The notes: generated by a model not told the origin, from the sequence alone. A stretch of DNA of 64,000 nucleotides from an uncultured delta proteobacterium (GCA_963771465.1 CAVYTU010000019.1:1-64000); one strand, 5' to 3'; positions 50,239 through 60,193 are shown, counted from the first letter of the stretch. Translations and numbers: made by a program.

Positions 50239-50979
50239 ATGCACCCAATTTTGACCGACTTCTTAGACAAGTGGGTTTACCCCACCGGCTTCACCGGCCC
50301 CGGCGTCGACTTTCGTCTACGCCAAACCGAACGCTGCCTGCCGCTGTGGGACAAGCTGGTGTTGCAAGCGATCAAGGCTGCCGGGAACGATTTACAATCC
50401 GGCAGCGACGAATACAAAGCGGCGCGCGCCCGCGGCGGTTACGCCGCCGAGGGACCGTTCATGTCGCTCAAACAAATGTCGACGCAGATTCTTTCCGTCG
50501 AGATCAGCGAGCAGCCGAAATATATCGACCTCCAGCGCATGCGCGCGCGGCAAATCTGGGACGAGGTCAAACATGGCCAGCTCCATGCCGACGTGCTATT
50601 GCGCGGCGGCTTCATCAAGCGTGAAGAAGAATTGATGGACGATGCGCGCGCCAACACCCAGCCGAAGCTTTCTTACTTCGGCATGACCGCCATGTTTCCG
50701 CACATCCACCCGCTCGCCCGCGCCGGCCAGCATTATTACAACGAGTCGATGGCGTGCCTCGGCATCGCCGCAACGCTGAGCGTCATCGACGACGAGCTCA
50801 TTCGCCACCAGTTGCACAGCCAGTCGGCGGAAGAATTGATGCACTTCATGGAAGGCAAATATCAGATCGACGCCTACGCGCTCACGCCGGCAGAGCAGAA
50901 GCCCATCGAAGAAGTTTTCGATTTTCTGCTCAGACCGTGGGCGCCCGAGCCAAGTCGCGCGTTGGGCGGCAACGCGTGA
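50239..50979 (+). CDS. Ferritin-like diiron-carboxylate protein
   Basis: E...ExxH...E...ExxH pattern: AAEG, DEVKH, YNES, EELMH. Confidence 0.8.
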   Translation: MHPILTDFLDKWVYPTGFTGPGVDFRLRQTERCLPLWDKLVLQAIKAAGNDLQSGSDEYKAARARGGYAAEGPFMSLKQMSTQILSVEISEQPKYIDLQRMRARQIWDEVKHGQLHADVLLRGGFIKREEELMDDARANTQPKLSYFGMTAMFPHIHPLARAGQHYYNESMACLGIAATLSVIDDELIRHQLHSQSAEELMHFMEGKYQIDAYALTPAEQKPIEEVFDFLLRPWAPEPSRALGGNA

Positions 50980-50992
50980 AGCGAGCGGCAGC

Positions 50993-51193
50993 ATGAAAGT
51001 CCGAATCGTCGAAACCCTCTGCATCGCCTGCGGCCTGTGCCGCGAAGTCTGTCCTGAGCGCGCCGTCCATCCCAAGATGCAGGACATCCACCACATGTAC
51101 GAAGTGGTCGAAAGCGAATGCACCGGCTGCGCCGAGTGCCTGCCCTATTGTCCCGAACCGGGGGCGCTGCAGCAGTATGAATTGGCCTCGTGA
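50993..51193 (+). CDS. 2x[4Fe-4S] ferredoxin
   Basis: CIACGLCREVCP and CTGCAECLPYCP. Confidence 0.92.
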   Translation: MKVRIVETLCIACGLCREVCPERAVHPKMQDIHHMYEVVESECTGCAECLPYCPEPGALQQYELAS

Positions 51194-51633
51194 GTCGCGG
51201 TTCAGCTTACAGTTCCGCTAAATCAAGCATCAAACCCGTGCCCACTGTATCCGTCACACGTCTTCATCTGCGTTCGCCACGATTTCTTCTGCCGTTCTTC
51301 TTGCGCACCCATAGATCGCGCCGCCAGGCGACCCGCGCGCCCGGCAACCTGGGCGTTCGCGTGCGTAAGACTGATGGCCTAGCGTTTTGGACGCTCACAC
51401 TCTGGCGCGACATGGCGGCGATGAGATCGTTCGTGATGGCTTCGCCGCACAGAGAAGCGATGCAAAAACTTGCCAACTGGTGCGATGAAGCCGCCTTCGC
51501 CCACTGGGACCTAGATATCATCGACTTACCGACATGGGACATCGCCGTCGACAAACTCCGTGTCAGCGGTCATCTCGCCACGGTGCTGCATCCGTCCGAG
51601 AAGCATAAAGCCGGCGAAATCGTCGTGTCATGA
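51190..51633 (+). CDS. DUF3291-like dimeric alpha-beta barrel protein
   Basis: SVTRLHLRS..FL..F, FWTLTLW...MRSF...PHREAM..L..WCDEA. Confidence 0.75.
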   Translation: MSRGSAYSSAKSSIKPVPTVSVTRLHLRSPRFLLPFFLRTHRSRRQATRAPGNLGVRVRKTDGLAFWTLTLWRDMAAMRSFVMASPHREAMQKLANWCDEAAFAHWDLDIIDLPTWDIAVDKLRVSGHLATVLHPSEKHKAGEIVVS

Positions 51634-51767
51634 AAGTTCAAGACTTCGCGTCGTGACGATGGCGTGACCAAAGCCCGATCTCCAACCTTTCACGCGCCAG
51701 CGCATTCAGTTCACCTTGACATCCCAGGTTCGATCACACTAAAAGTTGGCACTTCGGAGGATTTGTT

Positions 51768-52952
51768 ATGTCCAGCGACTCACGCACTCGCGGCCTCGCC
51801 GAAACCTGCAACCAACGCGGCCCGAATCGGCCGCTGTTCACCAAAGGCGGTCCACCCAACTATGTGGAAAAATCACTGGCGGCCGCCGCCGAGCCATTCA
51901 AGGGAATCACCCGCGACGGCAGCGTGATTGCCGACTTGTTCAGCATGCAGAAGACCGGCGTCCCGACGCAGTCGATTCGCGCGGCTGCCGAAGCGTTTCT
52001 CGAATCGCTGACACCGGATCAACGCGCCAAGACGCTCTTTCCCGTCGCTACCGACCAATGGCGCAAGTGGAGCAACATCCATCCGACCTTGTTGCGCCAC
52101 GGCATGGCGCTGTTCGAGATGAACGATGACCAGCGCGATCGCGCCTTTGTGTTGCTCCGCGAAAGCTTGAGCCAACGAGGCTTCGAGGAAGCGCTCGACA
52201 TTATGCATTTGAATGAAACCGTCGTGGAATTGACCGGCCGGCTCGACGAATACGGCGAAGATCTTTATTGGCTGAGCATCATGGGCGCGCCGTCGGCGAC
52301 CGAACCGTGGGGCTGGCAGTGGGACGGCCATCATCTGATCATCAATTATTTCGTCCTTGGCGATCAGATCGTGGTGACGCCGACTTTCCTCGGCGCCGAG
52401 CCGGTGCATGCCGTCGGTGGCAAATACGCCGGCGTGCGCGCGTTCAAAGGCGACGAGGACCGCGGCTTGGCGCTGTTCCGCGTGCTTTCGGAGACGCAAC
52501 GCGCCAAAACCGTGATCGCGCCGGAAACTTTGGGCGAAGACTTTACCACCGCGTTTCGCGACAATCTCGTGCTCGATTACCAAGGCATCCGCTCCGATGA
52601 GTTGTCGACGGCGCAGCATGAGCTTTTGCTCGGCTTGGTCGAATATCACGTCGGCCGCATGCGCCATGGCCATGCGCAGGTGAAGATGGCTGAAGTGAAG
52701 CGCCACCTAAACGATACTTATTTTTGCTGGATGGGCGGCGGCTCCGACGACGGCGTTTTTTATTATCGGGTGCAGAGTCCGGTGATCATCGTCGAGTTCG
52801 ACCACCAGCGCGGTATCGCCTTTCGCGAACGCACCAAGCCCTATAAAGACCACATTCACGTCATCGTGCGCACGCCCAACGGCAACGACTACGGCAAAGA
52901 TTTGCTGCGACTGCATTATCAGCAGGGCCATCACGCCAGCGCGCGCCAATGA
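51768..52952 (+). CDS. DUF3500 domain protein
   Basis: GGAGG RBS; WSNIH, PWGWQWDGHHL..N, TPTFLG, YYRVQSP.I.VEFDH, HIH...RTPNGNDYG. Confidence 0.88.
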   Translation: MSSDSRTRGLAETCNQRGPNRPLFTKGGPPNYVEKSLAAAAEPFKGITRDGSVIADLFSMQKTGVPTQSIRAAAEAFLESLTPDQRAKTLFPVATDQWRKWSNIHPTLLRHGMALFEMNDDQRDRAFVLLRESLSQRGFEEALDIMHLNETVVELTGRLDEYGEDLYWLSIMGAPSATEPWGWQWDGHHLIINYFVLGDQIVVTPTFLGAEPVHAVGGKYAGVRAFKGDEDRGLALFRVLSETQRAKTVIAPETLGEDFTTAFRDNLVLDYQGIRSDELSTAQHELLLGLVEYHVGRMRHGHAQVKMAEVKRHLNDTYFCWMGGGSDDGVFYYRVQSPVIIVEFDHQRGIAFRERTKPYKDHIHVIVRTPNGNDYGKDLLRLHYQQGHHASARQ

Positions 52953-53022
52953 TTCAAGATCGCTCAATGAACAACTACGCTGCAAATCCCGCGGTATCAG
53001 GCAATGAAAATTGTCTTCAAGG

Positions 53023-53100
53023 CGTCACCCCCGAATGTTTTTAACGGGGGTCCAGTCCCGGAACCGCCTGGATTCCCGCTTAAAGCATGCGGGAATGACG
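53023..53100. repeat. REP-like inverted repeat
   Basis: GTCACCCCCG...CGGGGGTCCAG / CTGGATTCCCGC...GCGGGAATGAC. Confidence 0.7.
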
Positions 53101-53202
53101 AACTTCGGAAGGCAATTGACTTAACGCAGCGAGCTGCGCGAAAACGAACCTTAGAGATTGATTTGGCAAAGCATCAGCGGCATTTATGACCGGGGAGGTT
53201 TC

Positions 53203-54192
53203 ATGATCATCGCAAGACACTGCATTCTTTGCATCGCTGTCTGGATGATTCTCCTCGCCTCCACCGCCCACACGGAAAAAATTCGCACCAGCATCCCTGG
53301 GTCGAATCTGAATTATCTCAGCGTCTTCAGCGCCGAAGAGCGCAAGTTCTTCCGCGACGAAGGCTTGGAAAATGAAACCATCTCCATCGGCGGTCCCGCC
53401 GGCATCGCCGCGCTGGTCAGCGGCGATGTGGATTTTAGCGGCGCCGGCGGCAGCGGTCTGCGCGCTGCCGTCCGAGGCGCGCCTTTAAAAGCGATATTCT
53501 ACCAGACGGAAAAACCGACCTGGTATTTGATCGTTCACCCGAGTATCGCCCAGGGCGCCGATCTCAAAGGCAAAAAGATCGGCGTGGCGCTGATCGGCGA
53601 TAGCGAAGACCGTTTCATTACCTTGTTCGCCGAGCGCGCCGGAGTATCAGCCAAAGACGTGACGAAGATATCGTTGGGCACCAGCATCGGCGACAAAATC
53701 CTCGGCGTCAAAAGCGGCAACGTTTCCGCCGTGGTTCTCGATCCGGCCGGCACCGTCGCGGCCGAACGCGAAGGGTTGCGCAAGCTGGCGTATCTCGGTG
53801 ATATGTTTCCGCTCCCGTTTCAGGGCTACGTGGCGACCAATCAGAAGCTCGCGGAAAACCCGGCACAAGTAAAAAGATGGATCCGAGCGATGACCCGGTC
53901 GCTGCTTTTCATTCGCGATCGACCTGAAGACGCCGCCGACATCGCACTGCGCCGCTTGCGCATCAAAAATATCACCAAGCCCATGTTGACCGAGGCGATT
54001 CGCAGTTACGTGCGCGCCTTTCCCCCAGGCATCCCCGGCGTGCCGTCGGCGGAAGGCGTAAAAAGCATTCTCGAGCACGAACTGAGAATCCCGCTCAAGC
54101 TCGACAAGCCGCTCGCCGCGGAGAATTTTTTCGAACTGCGTTGGGCGGAAGAAGTGCGGAGAGAGATGGAAGCCAAAGGCGCGAACCCGTAG
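53203..54192 (+). CDS. NMT1/SsuA-type ABC substrate-binding protein
   Basis: FFRDEGL, ALVSGDVDF, DLKGKKIGV. Confidence 0.88.
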   Translation: MIIARHCILCIAVWMILLASTAHTEKIRTSIPGSNLNYLSVFSAEERKFFRDEGLENETISIGGPAGIAALVSGDVDFSGAGGSGLRAAVRGAPLKAIFYQTEKPTWYLIVHPSIAQGADLKGKKIGVALIGDSEDRFITLFAERAGVSAKDVTKISLGTSIGDKILGVKSGNVSAVVLDPAGTVAAEREGLRKLAYLGDMFPLPFQGYVATNQKLAENPAQVKRWIRAMTRSLLFIRDRPEDAADIALRRLRIKNITKPMLTEAIRSYVRAFPPGIPGVPSAEGVKSILEHELRIPLKLDKPLAAENFFELRWAEEVRREMEAKGANP

Positions 54193-54232
54193 AAAAATCG
54201 CGCAATGGCGCAACTAAATAGTCAAGAAAGTT

Positions 54233-54313
54233 TTCACCACGAAGGACACGAAGAGCACGAAGTCAAGAATTTTTATTTCCGAACCTTCGTGTCCTTCGTG
54301 ATCTTCGTGGTGC
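54233..54313. repeat. Palindromic CACGAAG x3 / CTTCGTG x3 intergenic repeat
   Basis: CACCACGAAGGACACGAAGAGCACGAAG...CTTCGTGTCCTTCGTGATCTTCGTGGTG. Confidence 0.8.
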
Positions 54314-54365
54314 GATCGGATTTTCGCATCGAACTGTTTCGGATTTCAGCGAAGGAGACACCGAT

Positions 54366-55361
54366 ATGTCTCAACTCGGTCTGCGAATTTTTTGCTGTCT
54401 TGGGATTGTCGCGGCAATCGCTTCTTCATGCCCAAACGCGCCAGCGCAAACGCCGCTCAAAAAACTCCGCCTCGGCATCGCCGCCACCAGCGTCGGCTTT
54501 CTGCCGATCTACGCGGCCCATCAGAGAGGTTTTTATCGAGACGAAGGCATCGATCTGGAAATTATCCTGATGTCGCTCGCCGTGGCGAACAACGCGTTCT
54601 TCAAAGGCGAGATCGAGTATAGCGCCGGACTCACCGGCCTAGCGCTTGCCGCGGCGCGAAATTATCCGGCAAAAATTTTGATCTTCACCATCATCAAGCC
54701 GCTGCAATCCTTCGTCAGTCGCAAGGAAATCAAGGAGCCGCGCGATCTGAAAGGCAAGAAAGTCGCCGGCAGCTCGCCCGGCGGCTCGGCGACGATACTC
54801 GCCTACCAAGCTTTGAAACATTTCGGCCTCGAGGCGGGGAAAGACGTGCAGGTCTTGCCGATGGGCGGCTCGGGAGCAGGGCGGCTCGCGGTGCTGGAAC
54901 AGGGCGTCGTCGACGCCGCTTTACTCTCGGTGCCGGAAAATATTATCGCCGTCAATAAAGGCTACAACGAACTGATCTTTCTCGGCGACGTGGTCAATTT
55001 TCCGCAGAATGGTTTCGGCACCTCGGTTACACGCATCCAACAGCAGCCGGATGAAGTTTATCGCATGGTGCGCGCAACCCTGCGCGGGTTGCAGTTCGTC
55101 ACCGACGAAGCCAACCGCGAGCCAGCGCGCGATGTCATGATGAAACAATGGCGCGTCAGCGATCAGAAGCTCGCCGCCGAAATGCTCGGCTACCTCAAGC
55201 GCGGCCTGGCCAAGGACGCGGTGGTCAGTCCGCAAGCGGTGCAATACTTCATCGATTTGACCCGCGAGACTTCCAATGTGTCACAACCCATCGCCGGCTC
55301 CCAGGTCGTCGACTTCAGTTTTCTCGAAAAAGCGCGTAAAGATTTGGCACTGACTCGCTAA
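54366..55361 (+). CDS. NMT1/SsuA-type ABC substrate-binding protein
   Basis: GFYRDEGIDLE, DLKGKKVA, VDFSFL. Confidence 0.88.
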   Translation: MSQLGLRIFCCLGIVAAIASSCPNAPAQTPLKKLRLGIAATSVGFLPIYAAHQRGFYRDEGIDLEIILMSLAVANNAFFKGEIEYSAGLTGLALAAARNYPAKILIFTIIKPLQSFVSRKEIKEPRDLKGKKVAGSSPGGSATILAYQALKHFGLEAGKDVQVLPMGGSGAGRLAVLEQGVVDAALLSVPENIIAVNKGYNELIFLGDVVNFPQNGFGTSVTRIQQQPDEVYRMVRATLRGLQFVTDEANREPARDVMMKQWRVSDQKLAAEMLGYLKRGLAKDAVVSPQAVQYFIDLTRETSNVSQPIAGSQVVDFSFLEKARKDLALTR

Positions 55362-55382
55362 CGACAAAAGGAGGCTACGCCA

Positions 55383-56015
55383 ATGCTCGAATTCGAAGGC
55401 AGACAAATTCCCAACCGGTTGAATGAAGTCGTCGATGCCAAACGCACGGTGCTGCTGGTCTGGGACATGCAGAACGACCAAGCCGGCGGTTCGTTCAACA
55501 AAGAAGCGTTAATCCGCAACGCCCCGCCGCTGATCGCCGCGGCGGCGAAGGCGGCGGTAAAAACCGTCTACACGCGCCAGACGCCGTTCCTGTGGAAAGA
55601 CGAAGCGGTGACCTGGATACGGCGGGCGATGAAGGATCAAAAGGTCGATCATCCAAGCCAGCTCAAACCACGCCGGCTGCACGGCAGCGTCGGCTGGAAT
55701 ATCATGGAGCCGTTTAAGCCCACTGCCAATGACGTCGTCATCGACAAACGGCGACCGAGCATGTTCGTCGGCAACGAGTTCGAAACCATCATGCACAACC
55801 GCGGCGCGACCACGGTCGTCATGATCGGCTGCACCACCGACGGCGGCGTCGAGATGACCGTGCGCGACGGCCACAACCGCGGTTATTCAATGGTCATCGT
55901 CCGCGACTGCGTCGGAACCTATACCGAGGAAGGCCATAACGCCGCGCTGAAGCGCATCGAACGCTTCGCCGACGTGGTCGAGTCCAAAGAGCTGATCGAC
56001 ATTTGGGCGAAATAG
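55383..56015 (+). CDS. Isochorismatase-family hydrolase
   Basis: LLVWDMQND, IDKRRPSMF, GCTTDGGVEMTVRD (usual catalytic Cys position is Gly). Confidence 0.88.
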   Translation: MLEFEGRQIPNRLNEVVDAKRTVLLVWDMQNDQAGGSFNKEALIRNAPPLIAAAAKAAVKTVYTRQTPFLWKDEAVTWIRRAMKDQKVDHPSQLKPRRLHGSVGWNIMEPFKPTANDVVIDKRRPSMFVGNEFETIMHNRGATTVVMIGCTTDGGVEMTVRDGHNRGYSMVIVRDCVGTYTEEGHNAALKRIERFADVVESKELIDIWAK

Positions 56016-56021
56016 TTCGCC

Positions 56022-56426
56022 ATGTCTTCGGCCATCAGCGCTATTCTGGAAAAGTTTCGCCGCGGCGACGAGGAAGATGCGTTTTACGATCTCTTGGAAT
56101 TGCCGGGAGAACTGCTGCCGGATTTGATTCGCGAATTTGACACCGAACCGGAACCGCACATTCGCGCCTTGCTGATCAAAGTCGCCTGGGAGCGAAAAGA
56201 AAACGGCATTGTGCCGTTTCTCCACCGCGCCTTGGAAATTCCCGATGAGTTAGTCTGGCAGCAAGCGTTGGACGGCTTGGTCGCATTCGCTTCGCCGGAG
56301 GTGCATGAAATTCTTCTAAACGCGCGCGCTAGAGAGTTTGCCGACGCCACACTCACCAACCGTTTCCGCCTCTGGCTCGAAGAGGCGATTCAGCAGGTCG
56401 AATTCGAACTGCGGGCCAAGCGATAA
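56022..56426 (+). CDS. HEAT-repeat-like hypothetical protein
   Basis: Amphipathic helices; VPFLHRAL..PDELVWQQALDGL. Confidence 0.65.
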   Translation: MSSAISAILEKFRRGDEEDAFYDLLELPGELLPDLIREFDTEPEPHIRALLIKVAWERKENGIVPFLHRALEIPDELVWQQALDGLVAFASPEVHEILLNARAREFADATLTNRFRLWLEEAIQQVEFELRAKR

Positions 56427-56512
56427 TTCGCTATTGCCCCGATTGCGAATCCCCTCCCGAACGAGTTAAAAGAGGCATAAATTCTCTCGGCATTGCGTCA
56501 AAGGAGATCATC

Positions 56513-57481
56513 ATGAGCGCAACGAGCGGTCAGAAAGCCCTCCATGTGGCGACCTTTTCCGGCTGGTATCGCTTCGAACAAGACGGCAAACAATTTACCC
56601 AAACCAAGCGTGACCTAAGCTATTGGACGCTCACCTGCATGTCGGTGGACCAAGAAGATCCGAAAACGATCTACGCCGGCACGGAGCACTCAGGGCTTTT
56701 TTATACCAAGGATGCCGGCGCCCATTGGCAGCGCGCCGATCCGCAAGTGCCGAAAATGTTTCTCTACTCCGCGCTAGCGATAAACGGCGGTGTCATGGTC
56801 GGCACGATTCCGTCGGCGGTCTACCGCAGCAAGAACGGCGGCTGGGAGGAATTGGCAGGCGTGCGCTTGCATAGCGCCGGCGCCAATTTTCCGCCGAGCC
56901 CTGAACTTCAGTCGCGCACGCGCTATCTGGCCGTCGACCCGGAAAATAAAAATCGCCTGTACGCCGGCATCGAAGTCGGCGGCATGGTGCTGAGCGACGA
57001 CGGCGGCCGCGCGTGGGAGCCGTGCAACGAAGGCCTCACCGACATGGACATCCACGAGATCCTGGCATCGCAGCAGCACAGCGGCATGGTCTTTCTGGCC
57101 TGCGGCGAAGCCTGTTTTCGCAGCGCCGACCGCGCCCGTCATTGGCAGAGCATCTCGCCGAAAAATCACGACTACGGCATCTCCGTCGCCGAAGACAAGA
57201 ACGGCGTCGTCTATGTCGGCGCAGCGAGAGGACGACCGAATCTCTGGCTACGCGAAGGAGGCGCCATGTCGGCGATCTTGCGCAGCAGCGACAAAGGCGA
57301 AACCTGGGAAACCGTCGTCGACAACTTGAATGGCGGCGTCATGCATCTCTGCCCGACGCCCGACGGCAACGGCATGATCGCCGGCACATCGGACGGAACT
57401 CTGCTGGTTGTCGACGACGACGGCGTGCGCCAAGTCGCGAGCGGCCTGCCATTCGTCACAAGCGTCGAACTAGCAGCGTAA
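56513..57481 (+). CDS. Second cytoplasmic BNR/Asp-box beta-propeller protein
   Basis: AAGGAG RBS; SDDGGRAW, SSDKGETW, YAGIEVGG, DIH. Confidence 0.85.
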   Translation: MSATSGQKALHVATFSGWYRFEQDGKQFTQTKRDLSYWTLTCMSVDQEDPKTIYAGTEHSGLFYTKDAGAHWQRADPQVPKMFLYSALAINGGVMVGTIPSAVYRSKNGGWEELAGVRLHSAGANFPPSPELQSRTRYLAVDPENKNRLYAGIEVGGMVLSDDGGRAWEPCNEGLTDMDIHEILASQQHSGMVFLACGEACFRSADRARHWQSISPKNHDYGISVAEDKNGVVYVGAARGRPNLWLREGGAMSAILRSSDKGETWETVVDNLNGGVMHLCPTPDGNGMIAGTSDGTLLVVDDDGVRQVASGLPFVTSVELAA

Positions 57482-57547
57482 GGAGAAATCACGGGATTGC
57501 TAGAAAGACGGGCGCAGCTTGCTGCGCCCCTACAATCGGAAACACTA

Positions 57548-58543
57548 ATGCGAATAATGATCGGGCTTCTCTATCTCTGTCTCTATCTTCCTTCTTTCGT
57601 CGCGGCCCAAGACGCCAAGCTCATTTCCGAAGCAAAGAAAGAAGGCAAGGTCGTCATTTACGGTTCCATGGAAACCGATATCTTCGAGGGCGTACAGCAA
57701 GCATTTGAGAAGAAGACCGGCATCAAAGTCGATTATTGGCGCGCCGCCGGCGCCACGGTGCTCGAACGCGCTTCGAGCGAACGGCGCGCCAATAAAGTCG
57801 GCTATGATTTAGTTTTGAATAATGCCGGGCCGATGGAGATCTTGCTCGCCGAGGGCGCCTTAACGAAATACGACTCGCCGCTGGCGAAAAACTTCGCCGC
57901 CGAGTTTCAACATCCGCAGCTTGGACCGAGCTATCGCACGAGCATCGTCGGCATTGTCTACAACAAGAGCATCTTGAGCCCGGATAAAGCGCCTAAATCG
58001 CTCGAAGATTTGCTGAAGCCGGAATTCAAAGGCAAGCTCGCCTTCGCTGATCCCCAGCGCGGCGCGGTCGCGGTCATGTGGCCGATGAGTTTGTACAAGC
58101 TCATGGGCAAGGAGCGCGCCGATAAATATCTGCGCGATCTCGCGGCGACCAAGCCTGTCATCGTCGAAGGTGTTTTGCCCGCCGCCGAGCGTGTCACCAC
58201 CGGTGAGACGCCGGTGGCGATTACTTATTTGAAATACGTCATCGGCTTCGGCCAAAAAGGCGCGCCGCTCGATTACGTCCGGCAGGACAAGATGCTCGGC
58301 CATGGTCACGCGATTGCGATGAGCAGCCGCGCCGCGCACCCCAACGCGGCGAAAGCATTCCTCGACTATTTCTACAGCGACGATAGTTTGAAAGTCATGG
58401 CCAAGTTCGGCGAATTCGTCACCCGCAAAGGCATAAACCCGCCGCTCGCCGATGCGGACAAGATTCAAGTGGTGGAAATGGACGAGCCTGACGCCAATAC
58501 CATGGCTGAGAAGCGCAAGGAGTACCGAAAGATTTTTCAGTAG
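57548..58543 (+). CDS. ABC transporter extracellular solute-binding protein (Fe3+-like family)
   Basis: AKKEGKVVIYGS, PKSLEDLLKPEFKGK, HPNAAKAFLDY. Confidence 0.9.
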   Translation: MRIMIGLLYLCLYLPSFVAAQDAKLISEAKKEGKVVIYGSMETDIFEGVQQAFEKKTGIKVDYWRAAGATVLERASSERRANKVGYDLVLNNAGPMEILLAEGALTKYDSPLAKNFAAEFQHPQLGPSYRTSIVGIVYNKSILSPDKAPKSLEDLLKPEFKGKLAFADPQRGAVAVMWPMSLYKLMGKERADKYLRDLAATKPVIVEGVLPAAERVTTGETPVAITYLKYVIGFGQKGAPLDYVRQDKMLGHGHAIAMSSRAAHPNAAKAFLDYFYSDDSLKVMAKFGEFVTRKGINPPLADADKIQVVEMDEPDANTMAEKRKEYRKIFQ

Positions 58544-58553
58544 AGGTCTTACC

Positions 58554-59198
58554 ATGAAGCTTTATACTTTCTTCCGCAGCTCTGCTTCCTACCGTGTGCG
58601 CATCGCGTTGAATCTGAAGGGCATCGGTTGCGAGCAGGCGCCGATCCATCTGCGCCGCGGCGGCGGCGAACAGTTGAGCGCCGCATATCGCGCGATCAAT
58701 CCGCAAGCGCTCGTACCGGCGTTGGAAGACGACGGCAGGATTCTCACCCAATCGCTGGCGATCATCGAGTATCTCGACGAAAAGCATCCCAACCCGCCGC
58801 TGCTGCCGCAAGACCCGACGGACAAAGCGATCGTCCGCAGCATGGCGTTGGTGATCGCCTGCGAAGTCCATCCGATTCAGAATTTGCGCGTATTGAATTA
58901 TGTCAAAGCGACTTACCACCAGACCGACGAGCAAGTGAACCAATGGGCGCAGCATTGGATCGATCTGGGTCTAGACGCGCTCCAAGAAATGATCGTCGCC
59001 CAACCCAAGCGCGGCAAGTTCTGTTTCGGCGACACGCCGACGTTGGCCGATATTTGTTTGATCCCGCAGCTCGGCAACGCGCGCCGCTACGGCTGCGACT
59101 TGGCGAAATATCCGACGATTTTAGCAATTGAAAAAAACTGCAACGCGCTCCCCGCCTTCGCCGACGCCGCGCCGGAAAAACAGCCGGATGCCGAATGA
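58554..59198 (+). CDS. maiA: Maleylacetoacetate/maleylpyruvate isomerase (GST zeta)
   Basis: MKLYTFFRSSASYRVRIALNLKG, INPQALVP, TQSLAIIEYL, HPIQNLRVL. Confidence 0.93.
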   Translation: MKLYTFFRSSASYRVRIALNLKGIGCEQAPIHLRRGGGEQLSAAYRAINPQALVPALEDDGRILTQSLAIIEYLDEKHPNPPLLPQDPTDKAIVRSMALVIACEVHPIQNLRVLNYVKATYHQTDEQVNQWAQHWIDLGLDALQEMIVAQPKRGKFCFGDTPTLADICLIPQLGNARRYGCDLAKYPTILAIEKNCNALPAFADAAPEKQPDAE

Positions 59199-59298
59199 AG
59201 CACGGTTGCGAGTTTGGCGCTCGTGAAATCGTCTTTCGGGTTGCGGCGTAATCGGCGACCGGAAACCGGAAACTTATATCTGAAACACCTTCCGACCC

Positions 59299-60072
59299 AT
59301 GTTCCTGCTCAAACAGTTTATCAAAGTCTTGCTGCTGCCACCGATGCCGTGGCTGCTGCTTTTGCTCTTGGTGCTGATCTTTTGGCAGCGACGCTGGGCG
59401 CGGACGCTCTTGGCGTTCACTTTCCTCCTCATCCTCGTACTGCACAGCGGCCCGGTGAACTACGCACTGCGTTATCCGCTGGAATCGCGCTATCCCCCGC
59501 TTGTCGATCCGGCGAAAGCCGGCAACTACGATGCGATTGTTGTCCTCACCAGCGGCAGCGTGCCAGCTACCGGTTTGATCCCGCTACCATCCGTCGACGA
59601 GCATATGTTTCGCCGACTCGACGAGGCCTGGCGGCTTTACCGGATCCGTCCCAAACCGATCATCATCTCCGGCGGCCATGTGAACCCGTTCACTCCGGCC
59701 CTGGACGAGAACAAGATCGCCCGCGACTTTCTCATCCGCTGGGGCGTGCCCAAGAAGGACATCATCGGCGAGGAAAACTCCCGCGATACTTTCGAGAACG
59801 CCCTGGCAACCCAAACCGTTCTCAAGAAGCATGGCTGGAAGCGTTACCTGCTCGTCACCTCGGCAATGCACATGCCGCGCAGCATGATGGTGTTTGCCGA
59901 GCTTGTGCCGGAACCGATCCCCGCCCCCGGCGATTTCTCGGTTGGCAAATTCGAGTTGACGCCCTTCGACTTTTTCCCCAACGAGGAAGTGGCAGCCAAA
60001 ATGTTTGCGACGATCCACGAATATCTCGGGATGGCCAATTACTACCTGCGCCTACGCTTTGCAAAAGAGTAA
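59299..60072 (+). CDS. YdcF/ElyC (DUF218) family membrane protein
   Basis: DAIVVL, IISGG, SRDTFENA, LVTSAMHMPRS, HEYLG. Confidence 0.9.
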   Translation: MFLLKQFIKVLLLPPMPWLLLLLLVLIFWQRRWARTLLAFTFLLILVLHSGPVNYALRYPLESRYPPLVDPAKAGNYDAIVVLTSGSVPATGLIPLPSVDEHMFRRLDEAWRLYRIRPKPIIISGGHVNPFTPALDENKIARDFLIRWGVPKKDIIGEENSRDTFENALATQTVLKKHGWKRYLLVTSAMHMPRSMMVFAELVPEPIPAPGDFSVGKFELTPFDFFPNEEVAAKMFATIHEYLGMANYYLRLRFAKE

Positions 60073-60193
60073 CTGCGAATTGCAGTTCGGCGCCAGTGCC
60101 GGTTGAAAATCCCCGGCGTAATGATAAACCCAACCGTGAATTTGGTCCCGAGCGCGGCGTCGCTATGATTGTCGAACGCTAGAGTCGCCTATC

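Noticed and set aside
59214-60182. 322-aa same-strand ORF overlapping the DUF218 gene
   Set aside because: Alternative frame with low-complexity Ala/Arg/Pro composition; the DUF218 frame carries all the family motifs.
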